Shown here: piece by piece, positions 1 through 9,132 of the stretch | How the letters are laid out: the number at the start of each line of letters is the position of its first letter | Numbering within the stretch: the first letter of the stretch is position 1 | Assembly: GCA_016293975.1 (NCBI GenBank) | Contig: JAEDCW010000002.1 | Span: 1,038 to 65,037, forward strand | Length of the DNA stretch: 64,000 nucleotides | Source: Clostridia bacterium | GTDB lineage: Bacteria > Bacillota > Clostridia > Christensenellales > CAG-138 | Direction: 5' to 3' | Made by a program: the position numbers and the translations under genes | Notes under the pieces: generated by a model | The model's input: only the letters and a program-made list of their open reading frames with translations | What the model was told of the DNA's origin: nothing | Database searches by the model: none

Positions 1-1
1 A

Positions 2-1534
2 AACTCTCTGCCTTTTGGCGTTCAAGAGTATATTGAGCCTGTTGACGGTTGCAAAGTCGTGACAACATTCGACTCGACGCTCCAAGCGATGCTTGTGCGA
101 GTGCTGACTACCGCGAGGGAAGTCAACAACGCGGCAAATGCGCAGGGAATCATAATGGACTGCACGACGGGGGAGATACTCGCCATGTCTACAGTTTATG
201 AGGGCGGCGTATTTGACCTCAACAATATAGACAGAAGCAACATAACCGAGCTGACAAGGTTATCGCGCAACAGGACGGTTGCGGACTCATATGAACCAGG
301 CTCGACATTCAAGATAGTTACGCTCGCAGCGGCTCTTGACAGCGGAGCGATAGATGCGAGCTTCACAGCGTTTTGCCCGGGTTACAGAGTGATTTCGGGT
401 CAGCGAATAAAGTGCTGGCGCACAAGCGGCCACGGAAGCCAAAATCTCACGGAAAGCACGGAGCATTCGTGCAACTGCGCTTTCATGGATATGGCTTTGA
501 AGATGGGTATAGACGAGTTCTATGACTACATCTACAAGTTTGGCTTCGGCGAGCCAACAAACAGTGGACTTTTGGGAGAGTCGAATGGAATTATAATCAA
601 CAAAAAATACGTCAGAGACTTAAACATAGTCCGTATCGGCTTTGGTCAGAGCGTTGCCATAACCCCGATACAGCTCGTAACCGCTGTAAGCGCGGCGGTA
701 AACGGAGGTAATCTGTACCAGCCTTATGTAGTAGACAGAATCATCTCCGCAGACGGCAGTGTCGTAATAGACAATGAGCCAACGGTTGTCAACAGGGTAA
801 TATCCGAGGAGACATCTGCAACGGTCAGGCAGATACTTGAAAGTGTGGTAGCGAACGGAAGCGGTAAGAATGCGCAGGTCCCGGGCTATAAGGTAGGCGG
901 AAAGACGGGTACAGCGCAGAAGTATGGCGAGGACGGAAAAATATCGTCGAGCCTTATCGCATCGTTTATCGGCTTTGCGCCTGCGGATGACCCAAGGTTT
1001 GTGGCTCTTATCGTAGTCGACGAACCCAAAGTAGGAGTAATCTACGGAAGTACCGTTGCGGCGCCGTTTGTGGGAGAGGCTTTGGGTGAGGCACTCAGAA
1101 TGTATGGGTATCTCCCAGAGACGATGCAGGAAACCGTGACAGTTCCGGATTTGACGGGCCTTACTGTTGAAGAGGCGGTTAAGAAGCTTGAAGAAATCGG
1201 GCTCGGCGCGGTGTGCCAGGACGAGGATGCGGTAACGTGTCAGATACCTATGCCGGGAGCGGTTGTCAACAAGGGCACAGAAGTGTTATTGTATACCGAA
1301 AGTACAGGAGAGCTTCCGGTGGAGGATGACACGGATGTTGTGAGTATGCCTGACCTTAAGGGAATGACGAGGTTGCAGGTATACGATACACTCAAACAGC
1401 TCGGTCTTACTATGGAGGTTGAGGGTGGTTACTCGGGTGGAAGACTGATTTACCAAAGTGTGGCGGCCGGGTCTGAGGTAAAAACCGGAAGCGTTATCAA
1501 GGTAAAATTCGGATATGAGGACGGGAGTGATTGA
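2..1534 (+). CDS. class B penicillin-binding protein (FtsI/PBP2B/SpoVD-type transpeptidase with two PASTA repeats); 5' end lies outside the window
   Basis: The frame is open from nt 2 with no stop. Transpeptidase motifs are present: SxxK (GSTFK), SxN (HSCN) and KTG (GKTGT). There are two C-terminal PASTA-like repeats (VTVPDLTGLTVEEAVKKLEE.. and VSMPDLKGMTRLQVYDTLKQ..). The gene sits directly upstream of murE, as in dcw clusters. Confidence 0.85.
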   Translation, partial: NSLPFGVQEYIEPVDGCKVVTTFDSTLQAMLVRVLTTAREVNNAANAQGIIMDCTTGEILAMSTVYEGGVFDLNNIDRSNITELTRLSRNRTVADSYEPGSTFKIVTLAAALDSGAIDASFTAFCPGYRVISGQRIKCWRTSGHGSQNLTESTEHSCNCAFMDMALKMGIDEFYDYIYKFGFGEPTNSGLLGESNGIIINKKYVRDLNIVRIGFGQSVAITPIQLVTAVSAAVNGGNLYQPYVVDRIISADGSVVIDNEPTVVNRVISEETSATVRQILESVVANGSGKNAQVPGYKVGGKTGTAQKYGEDGKISSSLIASFIGFAPADDPRFVALIVVDEPKVGVIYGSTVAAPFVGEALGEALRMYGYLPETMQETVTVPDLTGLTVEEAVKKLEEIGLGAVCQDEDAVTCQIPMPGAVVNKGTEVLLYTESTGELPVEDDTDVVSMPDLKGMTRLQVYDTLKQLGLTMEVEGGYSGGRLIYQSVAAGSEVKTGSVIKVKFGYEDGSD

Positions 1535-1537
1535 CAA

Positions 1538-2980
1538 ATGCTGTTAAGCGAATTGTTGAAAAGCATACCGCATCGGCTTGTAAATGGCGACGCAGAAATA
1601 AACGGGATAGAATACGATTCCCGCAAGGGCATCGAAAAGGGAATGTTGTTCTGTTGTATAGTAGGTACTGCGCTTGACGGTCACGATTTTGCGCAGACCG
1701 CATACGAGAGTGGCGCCGCGGCGCTTTTGGTTGAGCGTGAGCTCGATATACCCATACCGCAAGCGGTGGTAGAGAACGGAAGAATAGCGATGGCTACCGT
1801 TGCGTCAAACTTTTATGGGAATCCCGCAAACGCTTTCCCGATAGTAGGAGTGACCGGCACAAACGGAAAAACCAGCGTTACATATATGGTGAAAGAGATA
1901 GCCGAAAGCTTCGGTAAAAAAGTCGGGGTCATCGGAACTATAAAGAATACGATAGGGGATGAAGTGCTCTTTACAAGTAGCAGAACTACTCCCGAAAGCG
2001 TTATGCTGCAGGCAACTTTGAGAAAGATGGCTGACAGCGGAGTAGATCTGGTGGTCATGGAAGTATCGTCATCTGCGCTGGATCAATACAGGGTATACGG
2101 CATAGATTTTACGGTTGCCGCGTTTACCAATCTGACGATAGACCATTTGGATTATCACAAGACATTCGAGAACTACCGTGATGCCAAGAAGAAGCTCTTC
2201 TATTCATGTAAGCATGCCGTCATAAATAAAGATGACGCAAGTGCGGACGAGATGATGAGAGGAATCCCCTGCGATTGCATCACCGTGGGCATTAGCAAGG
2301 AAGCCGACATAATGGCGACGGATATTGAAATAACAAGTAACGGAGTGAGATACGTAATTCACACTCCTGCGGGCACTGAAAATATGATGGTGCCGATACC
2401 GGGACTGTTTACGATTCAAAATTCTATGATCGCAACAGGCATTGCGCTTAAGCTTGGCTATGACCTCAAGGGCATATGTTCGGCGATGAAGAATGTGCTG
2501 AGCATCGCAGGGAGACTCGAACCCCTTCCTACAAATGGCAGACCGTTTAACGTGTATTTGGACTTTGCGCATACTCCGGACGCTTTGCAGAATGTGCTGA
2601 GCACCGTCGGACAGTTCGCAAAGGGCAGGGTCATATCCCTGTTTGGATGTGGAGGAGACAAGGACACCACAAAGCGCGCAATGATGGGAGAGATAGCAGG
2701 AAGGTTTTCCGACTTAGTTATACTTACTAGTGATAATCCCAGAACCGAGGACCCTTACAAGATCATATCTATGGTCGAGGAGGGTATAAAGCGCACTGCG
2801 GTCAAGTATGTGATCGTTGAAAACAGGCGTGAGGCAATAAAGTATGCGCTCAAGTTTGCGAAGAAGGACGATTGCATAATACTTGCAGGCAAGGGACATG
2901 AGGATTATCAGGAAATAAACGGTATTAAGCACCACTTCGACGAAAAAGAGGTCGTCGCAGAGCTGCTGCTCGAAATATAG
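1538..2980 (+). CDS. murE: UDP-N-acetylmuramoyl-L-alanyl-D-glutamate--2,6-diaminopimelate ligase
   Basis: Contains the Mur ligase P-loop GVTGTNGKTS. The C-terminal DNPR motif (LTSDNPRTEDP) is typical of meso-DAP-adding MurE. The gene starts 3 nt after the PBP stop, in dcw context. Confidence 0.9.
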   Translation: MLLSELLKSIPHRLVNGDAEINGIEYDSRKGIEKGMLFCCIVGTALDGHDFAQTAYESGAAALLVERELDIPIPQAVVENGRIAMATVASNFYGNPANAFPIVGVTGTNGKTSVTYMVKEIAESFGKKVGVIGTIKNTIGDEVLFTSSRTTPESVMLQATLRKMADSGVDLVVMEVSSSALDQYRVYGIDFTVAAFTNLTIDHLDYHKTFENYRDAKKKLFYSCKHAVINKDDASADEMMRGIPCDCITVGISKEADIMATDIEITSNGVRYVIHTPAGTENMMVPIPGLFTIQNSMIATGIALKLGYDLKGICSAMKNVLSIAGRLEPLPTNGRPFNVYLDFAHTPDALQNVLSTVGQFAKGRVISLFGCGGDKDTTKRAMMGEIAGRFSDLVILTSDNPRTEDPYKIISMVEEGIKRTAVKYVIVENRREAIKYALKFAKKDDCIILAGKGHEDYQEINGIKHHFDEKEVVAELLLEI

Positions 2981-2988
2981 GAGGACGT

Positions 2989-3978
2989 ATGCAAAAGATG
3001 ATATTGGCAGTTCTGCTGTCATCAATGGTTGTAATGATTCTGGGAATGTTTGTGATCCCATTACTTAAAAAGCTTAAACTTTCCCAGAAAGAGCGCAAAG
3101 AAGGCCCTCAGACACATCTTGCCAAGGCAGGTACTCCGTCCATGGGTGGAATTATCATACTTGCAGGTGTTATTGCAGGTACACTGGCGTTTTCTGTTGG
3201 ATCTATGGTATACGCACTCCCATGTCTTATCGTTACGCTAACCTGTGGTTTAATAGGCTTTATAGACGACAGCGTCAAGATAAAGGGCTCGGGTAAGGGA
3301 CTCAGAGCCTATCAGAAGATAATCGCTCAGTTTCTCGTCGCATTTGCGGTCGGATTGTACTGCAAGCGTTATTTTGGCACAGCTATTGAATTGGCATTCT
3401 TCGACATCGAGATAGACCTTGGTTGGGCATACATTCCCGTGGCTATGATAGTGGTACTTGCTGCAGTGAACAGCGTAAACCTTATAGATGGCGTTGACGG
3501 ACTCTCGTCCAGCGTTACGCTCATATATGCATTGTCAATGGGCCTTATATTCGTCGTACTTTCAAACGTTAGGTCGGCAGAGGGTCAGGTAATGCTGGCA
3601 CATGGCTATGACGGGATGGCGGTGTTTGCAGGTGCGATTGCTGGAGGATGCTTGGGATTCTTGAGGTTTAACGCTTATCCTGCGAAGATTATGATGGGCG
3701 ACACAGGCTCATTGGCTCTGGGTGGCGCAGTTGCTATGATGGCACTGAGCTCAAAGGCGATACTGCTCCTGCTTATAATGGGCGGCTGCTATGTTGCGAC
3801 ATCGATATCTGTAATACTGCAGGTGGGCTCATACAAGCTCAGACATAAGCGCATATTCAAAATGGCGCCTTTGCACCATCACTTTGAACTGATGGGCATT
3901 ACGGAGCCCAAGATAGTTGCGGGCTACGCCATAGTCACGGCACTGCTGTGCCTCGTAGGTCTTTTGGCTTACGTTTAA
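2989..3978 (+). CDS. mraY: phospho-N-acetylmuramoyl-pentapeptide transferase
   Basis: Polytopic membrane protein carrying MraY motifs GTPSMGG, GFIDD, NLIDGVDGL, MGDTGSLALGG and APLHHHFE. Confidence 0.92.
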   Translation: MQKMILAVLLSSMVVMILGMFVIPLLKKLKLSQKERKEGPQTHLAKAGTPSMGGIIILAGVIAGTLAFSVGSMVYALPCLIVTLTCGLIGFIDDSVKIKGSGKGLRAYQKIIAQFLVAFAVGLYCKRYFGTAIELAFFDIEIDLGWAYIPVAMIVVLAAVNSVNLIDGVDGLSSSVTLIYALSMGLIFVVLSNVRSAEGQVMLAHGYDGMAVFAGAIAGGCLGFLRFNAYPAKIMMGDTGSLALGGAVAMMALSSKAILLLLIMGGCYVATSISVILQVGSYKLRHKRIFKMAPLHHHFELMGITEPKIVAGYAIVTALLCLVGLLAYV

Positions 3979-3987
3979 ACTGTTATC

Positions 3988-4107
3988 ACCGTCCGGCACC
4001 TTATCTGCTTCGTAAATGGCGCTTGGGCGTGGCGGAAGGTTGAGGCGTTTGAGTCAGAGCGCGGCTCGTTGACTCAAGCTCCTTGGCCTGTCGGACGGTT
4101 CTTTTTT
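3988..4107 (+). terminator. complex nested-hairpin element ending in a U-tract between mraY and murD (attenuator, terminator or structured RNA)
   Basis: The outer stem pairs ACCGTCCGGCA (3988-3998) with TGTCGGACGGT (4089-4099, one G-U pair) and is followed by TCTTTTTT. The inner hairpin TTGAGTCAGAGC-gcg-GCTCgTTGACTCAA lies at 4049-4077. Confidence 0.5.
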
Positions 4108-4159
4108 AGTAAAAAGTGTAATCGACATATATCCTAAAATACTTATTTTGGAGTGTATG

Positions 4160-5518
4160 ATGGAAAGACAAAAGACAGCATTGGTTGTGGGGATGGCGAG
4201 GAGCGGTATTGCGAGTGCGAAGCTCCTTGCCAAAAACGGCTATAGGGTGATTATTAACGACCTTAAACGCGATATAAGCGGTTTGTTTGAGGCACTCGGC
4301 GATATTGAATTCGTAAATGGACTTGGCGCTCCCCCCGAGGCGTTTCTCGAAGAGACAGACCTCATGGTACTGAGTCCTGTAATTCCGATTTTCAGACCAT
4401 TTGTAAAGAGTGCCATAGACATGGGTATAGAGGTAATCGGCGAGATAGAGCTTGGCTATCGCTATTGCGACAGGGGAAGCAAATTTGTATGTATAGGCGG
4501 TACAAACGGCAAGACAACAACGACCGCACTTACAGGTGAGATATTCAAGACCGCAGGACGCAATACATTCGTGCTCGGCAATATTGGTATACCTATCTGT
4601 GAACACGCAGAGGAAGTAAAAGCCGGCGATTTCGTGGTAGCAGAAACAGCATCCCTTCAGCTCGAAAGCATAGTCGATTTTAGGGCAAATGCGGCGGGTC
4701 TGTTGAACATTACAGAGGACCATATCAACCGATTCGGCTCAATGGAGGCATACATTGCCGCTAAAGTTCGTATGTTTGAAAACCAGACAGAAGAGGATTT
4801 TGCCATACTTAATCTCGATGACCCTATTGTCAGGGGCATGGCTAATAAGACGAAGGCTCGTGTCATATACATATCTTTGGAAAGTGAACCCGAGGAAGGC
4901 GCGTTTATAAGAGATGGCAGTATAATGTGGCGCTTTGACGGCAGGGAGGTCAAGGTATTGCCGATTTCCGAGCTCAGGATACCCGGAGAGCACAACGTTC
5001 AGAATGCGATGTGCGCCATAGCACTCTCGCTCTGCATGGGAATAGAACTCGAGCCGCTTAGAAAGACGCTTCGCGAATTCCCCGGCGTAGAGCACAGGAT
5101 AGAGTTTGTGCGCGAAAAGAACGGCGTACAGTATATAAACGACTCAAAGGGAACGAACCCGGATTCCACCATTAAAGCCGTGCGTGCAATGGGGCGTCCG
5201 ACGATACTGCTTCTTGGCGTGGGTGAATACGATAAGTTCAGCGACTTTGTACCGCTGTTTAAGGAGTTTAACGGCAAGGTTAAGGCAGTTATCGCATCGG
5301 GAAAGACCGTGCCGGAGATTCTGACGGCGGCTGATGCAACGGGTTTCACAAATGTTGTCGTATGTAGCGACGGACTGAAGGAAATGGTTAAGCTCGCAGA
5401 GAGCATGGCGAAACCCGGTGATACGGTTCTCCTATCGCCTGCCGCTGCAAGTTGGGGAATGTTCGATGACTTCGAGCACAGAGGGAGAGTATTCAAGGAT
5501 ATAGTAAAAAAGCTTTAG
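4160..5518 (+). CDS. murD: UDP-N-acetylmuramoylalanine--D-glutamate ligase
   Basis: N-terminal Rossmann segment VVGMARSGIA and Mur ligase P-loop GGTNGKTTT. The start is set at ATG 4160, 6 nt after GGAG. The ORF track begins at TTG 4148, and ATG 4157 is an alternative. Confidence 0.88.
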   Translation: MERQKTALVVGMARSGIASAKLLAKNGYRVIINDLKRDISGLFEALGDIEFVNGLGAPPEAFLEETDLMVLSPVIPIFRPFVKSAIDMGIEVIGEIELGYRYCDRGSKFVCIGGTNGKTTTTALTGEIFKTAGRNTFVLGNIGIPICEHAEEVKAGDFVVAETASLQLESIVDFRANAAGLLNITEDHINRFGSMEAYIAAKVRMFENQTEEDFAILNLDDPIVRGMANKTKARVIYISLESEPEEGAFIRDGSIMWRFDGREVKVLPISELRIPGEHNVQNAMCAIALSLCMGIELEPLRKTLREFPGVEHRIEFVREKNGVQYINDSKGTNPDSTIKAVRAMGRPTILLLGVGEYDKFSDFVPLFKEFNGKVKAVIASGKTVPEILTAADATGFTNVVVCSDGLKEMVKLAESMAKPGDTVLLSPAAASWGMFDDFEHRGRVFKDIVKKL

Positions 5519-5528
5519 GAGTGGTTGG

Positions 5529-6722
5529 ATGAAGTTAAGAGAGGAGATCAAAAAACAGGGCAGAATGGACTTCCTTCTGTTCGGTACGATAATTGCGATC
5601 TGCGTTTTCGGCCTTGTCATGGTCCTCTCTGCCAGCTATTATTCGAGCTACAGCGAATACGGAGACGGTTTCAGGGAATTCTCGCGCCAGGCAGGCTTCT
5701 TTGCGTTCGGCTTGGTAGTGCTTCTTGTGGCTTCGGCCGTGCCATTCAAGGTATATCAAAGTGGTTGGGTCTCCGGCATATTTGCATTGGTGGTAGCGGC
5801 TCTTTGTTTTGCCGTCATATTCTTCGGAAAATCCGATTACGGCGCACAGCGTTGGATCCAGGTGGCGGGCATAAGCATACAGCCGTCGGAGCTTGCAAAG
5901 CCGGCGGTGGTGCTCGTGATGTCGTGCTACATCGCGCAGTTTCCGCAGGGTGTGCGTAGATTCCGCGGCTTTATGATAGCGTGTGTAATATTTGTTTTAA
6001 TGATTTCGCCGATACTGGCGCAGAGCAATCTTTCCACGTTGATGATTCTCGGAGCCATATTCATATTTATGCTCTTTATTGGCAACGTGCCAATCAAGTA
6101 CATAGCTATGATAGGCGGCGTTGCTCTTTTGGCGGGTACCTGCATGGCAGTGTTCACCGAGTACAGGATGGAAAGACTGATGTCTTTTACAAACCCGTGG
6201 AAGGATCCGTCTGAAACGGGTTATCAGCTAATCCAGTCGTTAATCGCGATAGGCTCAGGTGGATTCTTCGGTACGGGTCTCAATTTCAGCAGACAGAAGC
6301 TCTTGTTCTTGACATTCGGAGATACAGATTTTATATTCGCAATTATCGCAGAGGAATTGGGCTTCTTCGGATGTGTATTGTTGTTATTGGCTTACGGCTT
6401 TGTAATATACAGGGGCATTAGAATAGCCATGCGGTGCAGGATGCGCTTCGGCGCTCTGCTTGCGGGCGGACTCACGGCAACGATAGGCATACAGGCTATG
6501 GTTCATATCATGGTAGCGCTAGGAATATTCCCGACTACCGGACAGACACTTCCGTTTATCAGTTCGGGAGGAAGCTCGCTTATCGTATTTATGGGACTTG
6601 CGGGGATTCTCCTTAACATATCCCGATACGATGTCGCCAATCAGATAACCTGTGAACCGGTAGTAAAAAACTCCAACACCAACATAACACCTATCGGCAC
6701 AAAGGGACAGAACGGGCAATAA
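5529..6722 (+). CDS. ftsW: SEDS-family peptidoglycan glycosyltransferase (FtsW/SpoVE/RodA family)
   Basis: About 10 predicted TM segments. The position after murD matches ftsW/spoVE in dcw clusters. AGGAG lies 7 nt upstream of the ATG. Confidence 0.85.
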   Translation: MKLREEIKKQGRMDFLLFGTIIAICVFGLVMVLSASYYSSYSEYGDGFREFSRQAGFFAFGLVVLLVASAVPFKVYQSGWVSGIFALVVAALCFAVIFFGKSDYGAQRWIQVAGISIQPSELAKPAVVLVMSCYIAQFPQGVRRFRGFMIACVIFVLMISPILAQSNLSTLMILGAIFIFMLFIGNVPIKYIAMIGGVALLAGTCMAVFTEYRMERLMSFTNPWKDPSETGYQLIQSLIAIGSGGFFGTGLNFSRQKLLFLTFGDTDFIFAIIAEELGFFGCVLLLLAYGFVIYRGIRIAMRCRMRFGALLAGGLTATIGIQAMVHIMVALGIFPTTGQTLPFISSGGSSLIVFMGLAGILLNISRYDVANQITCEPVVKNSNTNITPIGTKGQNGQ

Positions 6723-6784
6723 TTCGCACAATTTGACGGTATACCGCATACAATAACATTGCATTAGAGTATGGGGGTACTTTC

Positions 6785-8041
6785 ATGGATGTTTATAAAG
6801 TGGACGGTGGCAGGAGATTAAGCGGTGAAGTGAGCGTACAGGGAGCGAAGAACGCGATTCTACCCATTCTTGCCGCGTGCATATTGAGCGAAAAGCCTGT
6901 TGAGCTTACCAACTGCCCGGATATTTCGGATGTAGACAACATGCTGTCCATATTGGACTGTATAGGCTGTAGGACACAGAAGTTTGAAGACAGGGTAATC
7001 GTAGACGCATCCGACGCAAACTGTTGTGAGATACCTCAGGAGCTGTCGAAACGACTAAGGTCATCGTTTTTCGTGCTTGGACCGATGATCGCCCGTTTCG
7101 GAAAGGCCAGCTGTTGGCATCCGGGGGGCTGTGAGATAGGCAACAGACCGATAGACCTCCATATAAACGGACTAAAGCGCATCAATGTCGATATCGCTGA
7201 GGGCTTCGGGCAGATAAAATGCAGAGGCGATAACCTTATCGGTGCGGATGTCCATCTCGATTATCCGAGCGTTGGTGCAACCGAAAACATAATGATGGCG
7301 GCGGTCAGAGCCGAGGGAGTAACCGTCATCTACAATGCCGCAAGGGAGCCTGAGATAGTCGATTTGCAGAGGTTTTTGAATGAGATAGGCTTTCATGTGG
7401 CGGGTGCAGGAAGCTCGATGATTGCAATCAAGGGCGGCGGTGTCACCCATGAGACCACGCACAGGATAATTCCCGACAGGATAGTGACGGGTACGCTTCT
7501 GTGTGCGGGCGTAATGTGCGGGGGCGACATAATCGTCAAGGAAGTTGAGGAAAACGACGTTTCGGCGATAGTTTCAAAACTTTCGGAGACAGGATGTAGT
7601 ATTACCTCAGACCATAACAGTATAAGACTTAGGGCTAACAGGCGTCCCGGAGAGATAAGACTGATAGAGACCTCTCCGTATCCGGGTTTTCCTACTGATA
7701 TGCAGTCGTTGATGTTTTCTACGTGCAGTGTTGCAGACGGAACGAGCGTGATAGTCGAAAACGTGTTTGACAGCAGGTTTAAACACGTTGCAGAGATGGC
7801 GAAGATGGGTGCGATATACACAATAAAGGACAGAATCGCCGTGATTCGCGGTGTACCTAAGTTGACCGGTGCAGAGGTTTGCGCGAAGGAGCTTCGAGGA
7901 GGCGCGGCACTCACTATAGCCGCTATAGCGGCGGAAGGTGAGAGCACAATTCACGGAGTTGAATACATAGATAGGGGATACGACAAGCTCGAATGCATGC
8001 TGAGATCGTTCGGTGCGTCGATAAGACGAGAAACGGTTTAA
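6785..8041 (+). CDS. murA: UDP-N-acetylglucosamine 1-carboxyvinyltransferase
   Basis: N-terminal VSVQGAKNAILPILAA and catalytic loop HPGGCEIGNRPIDLH, which retains the active-site Cys. The length of 418 aa fits the family. Confidence 0.9.
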   Translation: MDVYKVDGGRRLSGEVSVQGAKNAILPILAACILSEKPVELTNCPDISDVDNMLSILDCIGCRTQKFEDRVIVDASDANCCEIPQELSKRLRSSFFVLGPMIARFGKASCWHPGGCEIGNRPIDLHINGLKRINVDIAEGFGQIKCRGDNLIGADVHLDYPSVGATENIMMAAVRAEGVTVIYNAAREPEIVDLQRFLNEIGFHVAGAGSSMIAIKGGGVTHETTHRIIPDRIVTGTLLCAGVMCGGDIIVKEVEENDVSAIVSKLSETGCSITSDHNSIRLRANRRPGEIRLIETSPYPGFPTDMQSLMFSTCSVADGTSVIVENVFDSRFKHVAEMAKMGAIYTIKDRIAVIRGVPKLTGAEVCAKELRGGAALTIAAIAAEGESTIHGVEYIDRGYDKLECMLRSFGASIRRETV

Positions 8042-8058
8042 CGGAGTTTATACGAAGG

Positions 8059-9006
8059 ATGAAACAAAGGGGAGAAAACAGAAAGGGTAGTGAAAGCAAG
8101 TCGGGCGAAAGACCGAACAAGACATTCGAAACAAACAATGTTCCGAATATATTGCGTGCCCGAAACGGAAAACGCAAAAAGAGGCTAATGCGCAAGCGTG
8201 CGACTGTTATTGTTTCGCTCGTTGCATTTGTAGTGCTCTGCGCTACACTTTCGTGGTTCTTCATGCGTATAAACGAGATATCCGTGACCGGAAACGTTGA
8301 AACTACGACAGAGGAGATAGTCGAGCAGTCACAGCTTGCAATAGACAAGCACGTATTGTTTTGCGGGCTTGGAAATGCAAAAAAGAATCTCGAATCGAAT
8401 CCGCGCTATGTAGTTGATTCTGTAGAATACGTTTTCCCAGATAGGATAGAAATCACGCTCGTCGAGCATACCACGGCAGCCTTGATTGTTGGAGTTCACG
8501 GCATAGCCGCAATAGATGACAGGGGACTGGTGCTTGAATTAGATGCATCGGATGAGCCGGATGAAGTAAAGGTGTACGGGCTGAGCTTGATGGGCTGTAT
8601 TGAGGGAAAAACGATAGGCGAGGAATACGATTTCAGAATTGCGGCGTTGCTTGAAATAGTCTCATTTTTGGATAGCACAGACAATAAATGCGGAATTAAA
8701 ATCATAGATATGTCAAATCCTTTAAATGTGTATATGGTGACGCAAAGCGGTATACGGGTGGAGATAGGTCAGCCTACTGAGATAGAGACAAAGATGGAAG
8801 AAACGCAGATAGCGCTAGTAGAGCTTGCGAAAGCGAACATAGCTGGAGGCACCCTGAGGGTGTACGGTACGGGAAGACCGGTGTATACGCCTGTTGATGC
8901 AGATGATACGACGGATGGAAGTACCACACCCGATGAAACGACCACGACTGAGCCCACGCAGACATCTGAGCCTGTTGACACCCAGGTGCCGACACAGACG
9001 TCGTAA
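8059..9006 (+). CDS. ftsQ: cell division protein FtsQ/DivIB
   Basis: Basic N-terminus, a single TM (VIVSLVAFVVLCATLSWFF), then a POTRA-like segment ISVTGNVETTTEEIVEQ. The gene lies immediately upstream of ftsA. The start was moved to ATG 8059 because the ORF-track start 7993 overlaps murA by 49 nt. The start remains uncertain. Confidence 0.7.
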   Translation: MKQRGENRKGSESKSGERPNKTFETNNVPNILRARNGKRKKRLMRKRATVIVSLVAFVVLCATLSWFFMRINEISVTGNVETTTEEIVEQSQLAIDKHVLFCGLGNAKKNLESNPRYVVDSVEYVFPDRIEITLVEHTTAALIVGVHGIAAIDDRGLVLELDASDEPDEVKVYGLSLMGCIEGKTIGEEYDFRIAALLEIVSFLDSTDNKCGIKIIDMSNPLNVYMVTQSGIRVEIGQPTEIETKMEETQIALVELAKANIAGGTLRVYGTGRPVYTPVDADDTTDGSTTPDETTTTEPTQTSEPVDTQVPTQTS

Positions 9007-9076
9007 ATATGCGATATAGCTCGATGGATTTCACCTTATTTCGCGTTTAAATAATGGAAGTTAATTCCATGGTTTG

Positions 9077-9105
9077 TTGCCACAAGGCAGACAATATGCT
9101 ATAAT
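9077..9105 (+). promoter_or_regulatory. sigma-A-type promoter upstream of ftsA-ftsZ
   Basis: TTGCCA (9077-9082), 17 nt spacer, TATAAT (9100-9105). The ATG lies 28 nt downstream. Confidence 0.6.
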
Positions 9106-9132
9106 AATCGAAATCTGGTTAGGTAGGAGAAT

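Noticed and set aside
5525-5959. A 144-aa ORF in an alternative frame at the start of ftsW. Other same-strand overlapping ORFs include 6434-6616, 12104-12316 and 20119-20607.
   Set aside because: They overlap strongly supported genes in another frame. Their composition is Arg/Gly-rich and typical of off-frame translation. There is no independent start signal.
7993-8058. N-terminal extensions offered by the ORF track. Examples are ftsQ from 7993, murD from 4148, PBP1A from 14663, sigG from 29026, GIY-YIG from 33541, ygiQ from 55713, rsmE from 60309, gpmI from 38623 and rpsU from 57251.
   Set aside because: The extensions overlap upstream genes or promoters, use TTG or GTG codons without an SD, or add residues not seen at the N-termini of these families. 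Internal ATGs with an SD or family-typical N-termini were preferred. Individual starts remain uncertain by a few codons.
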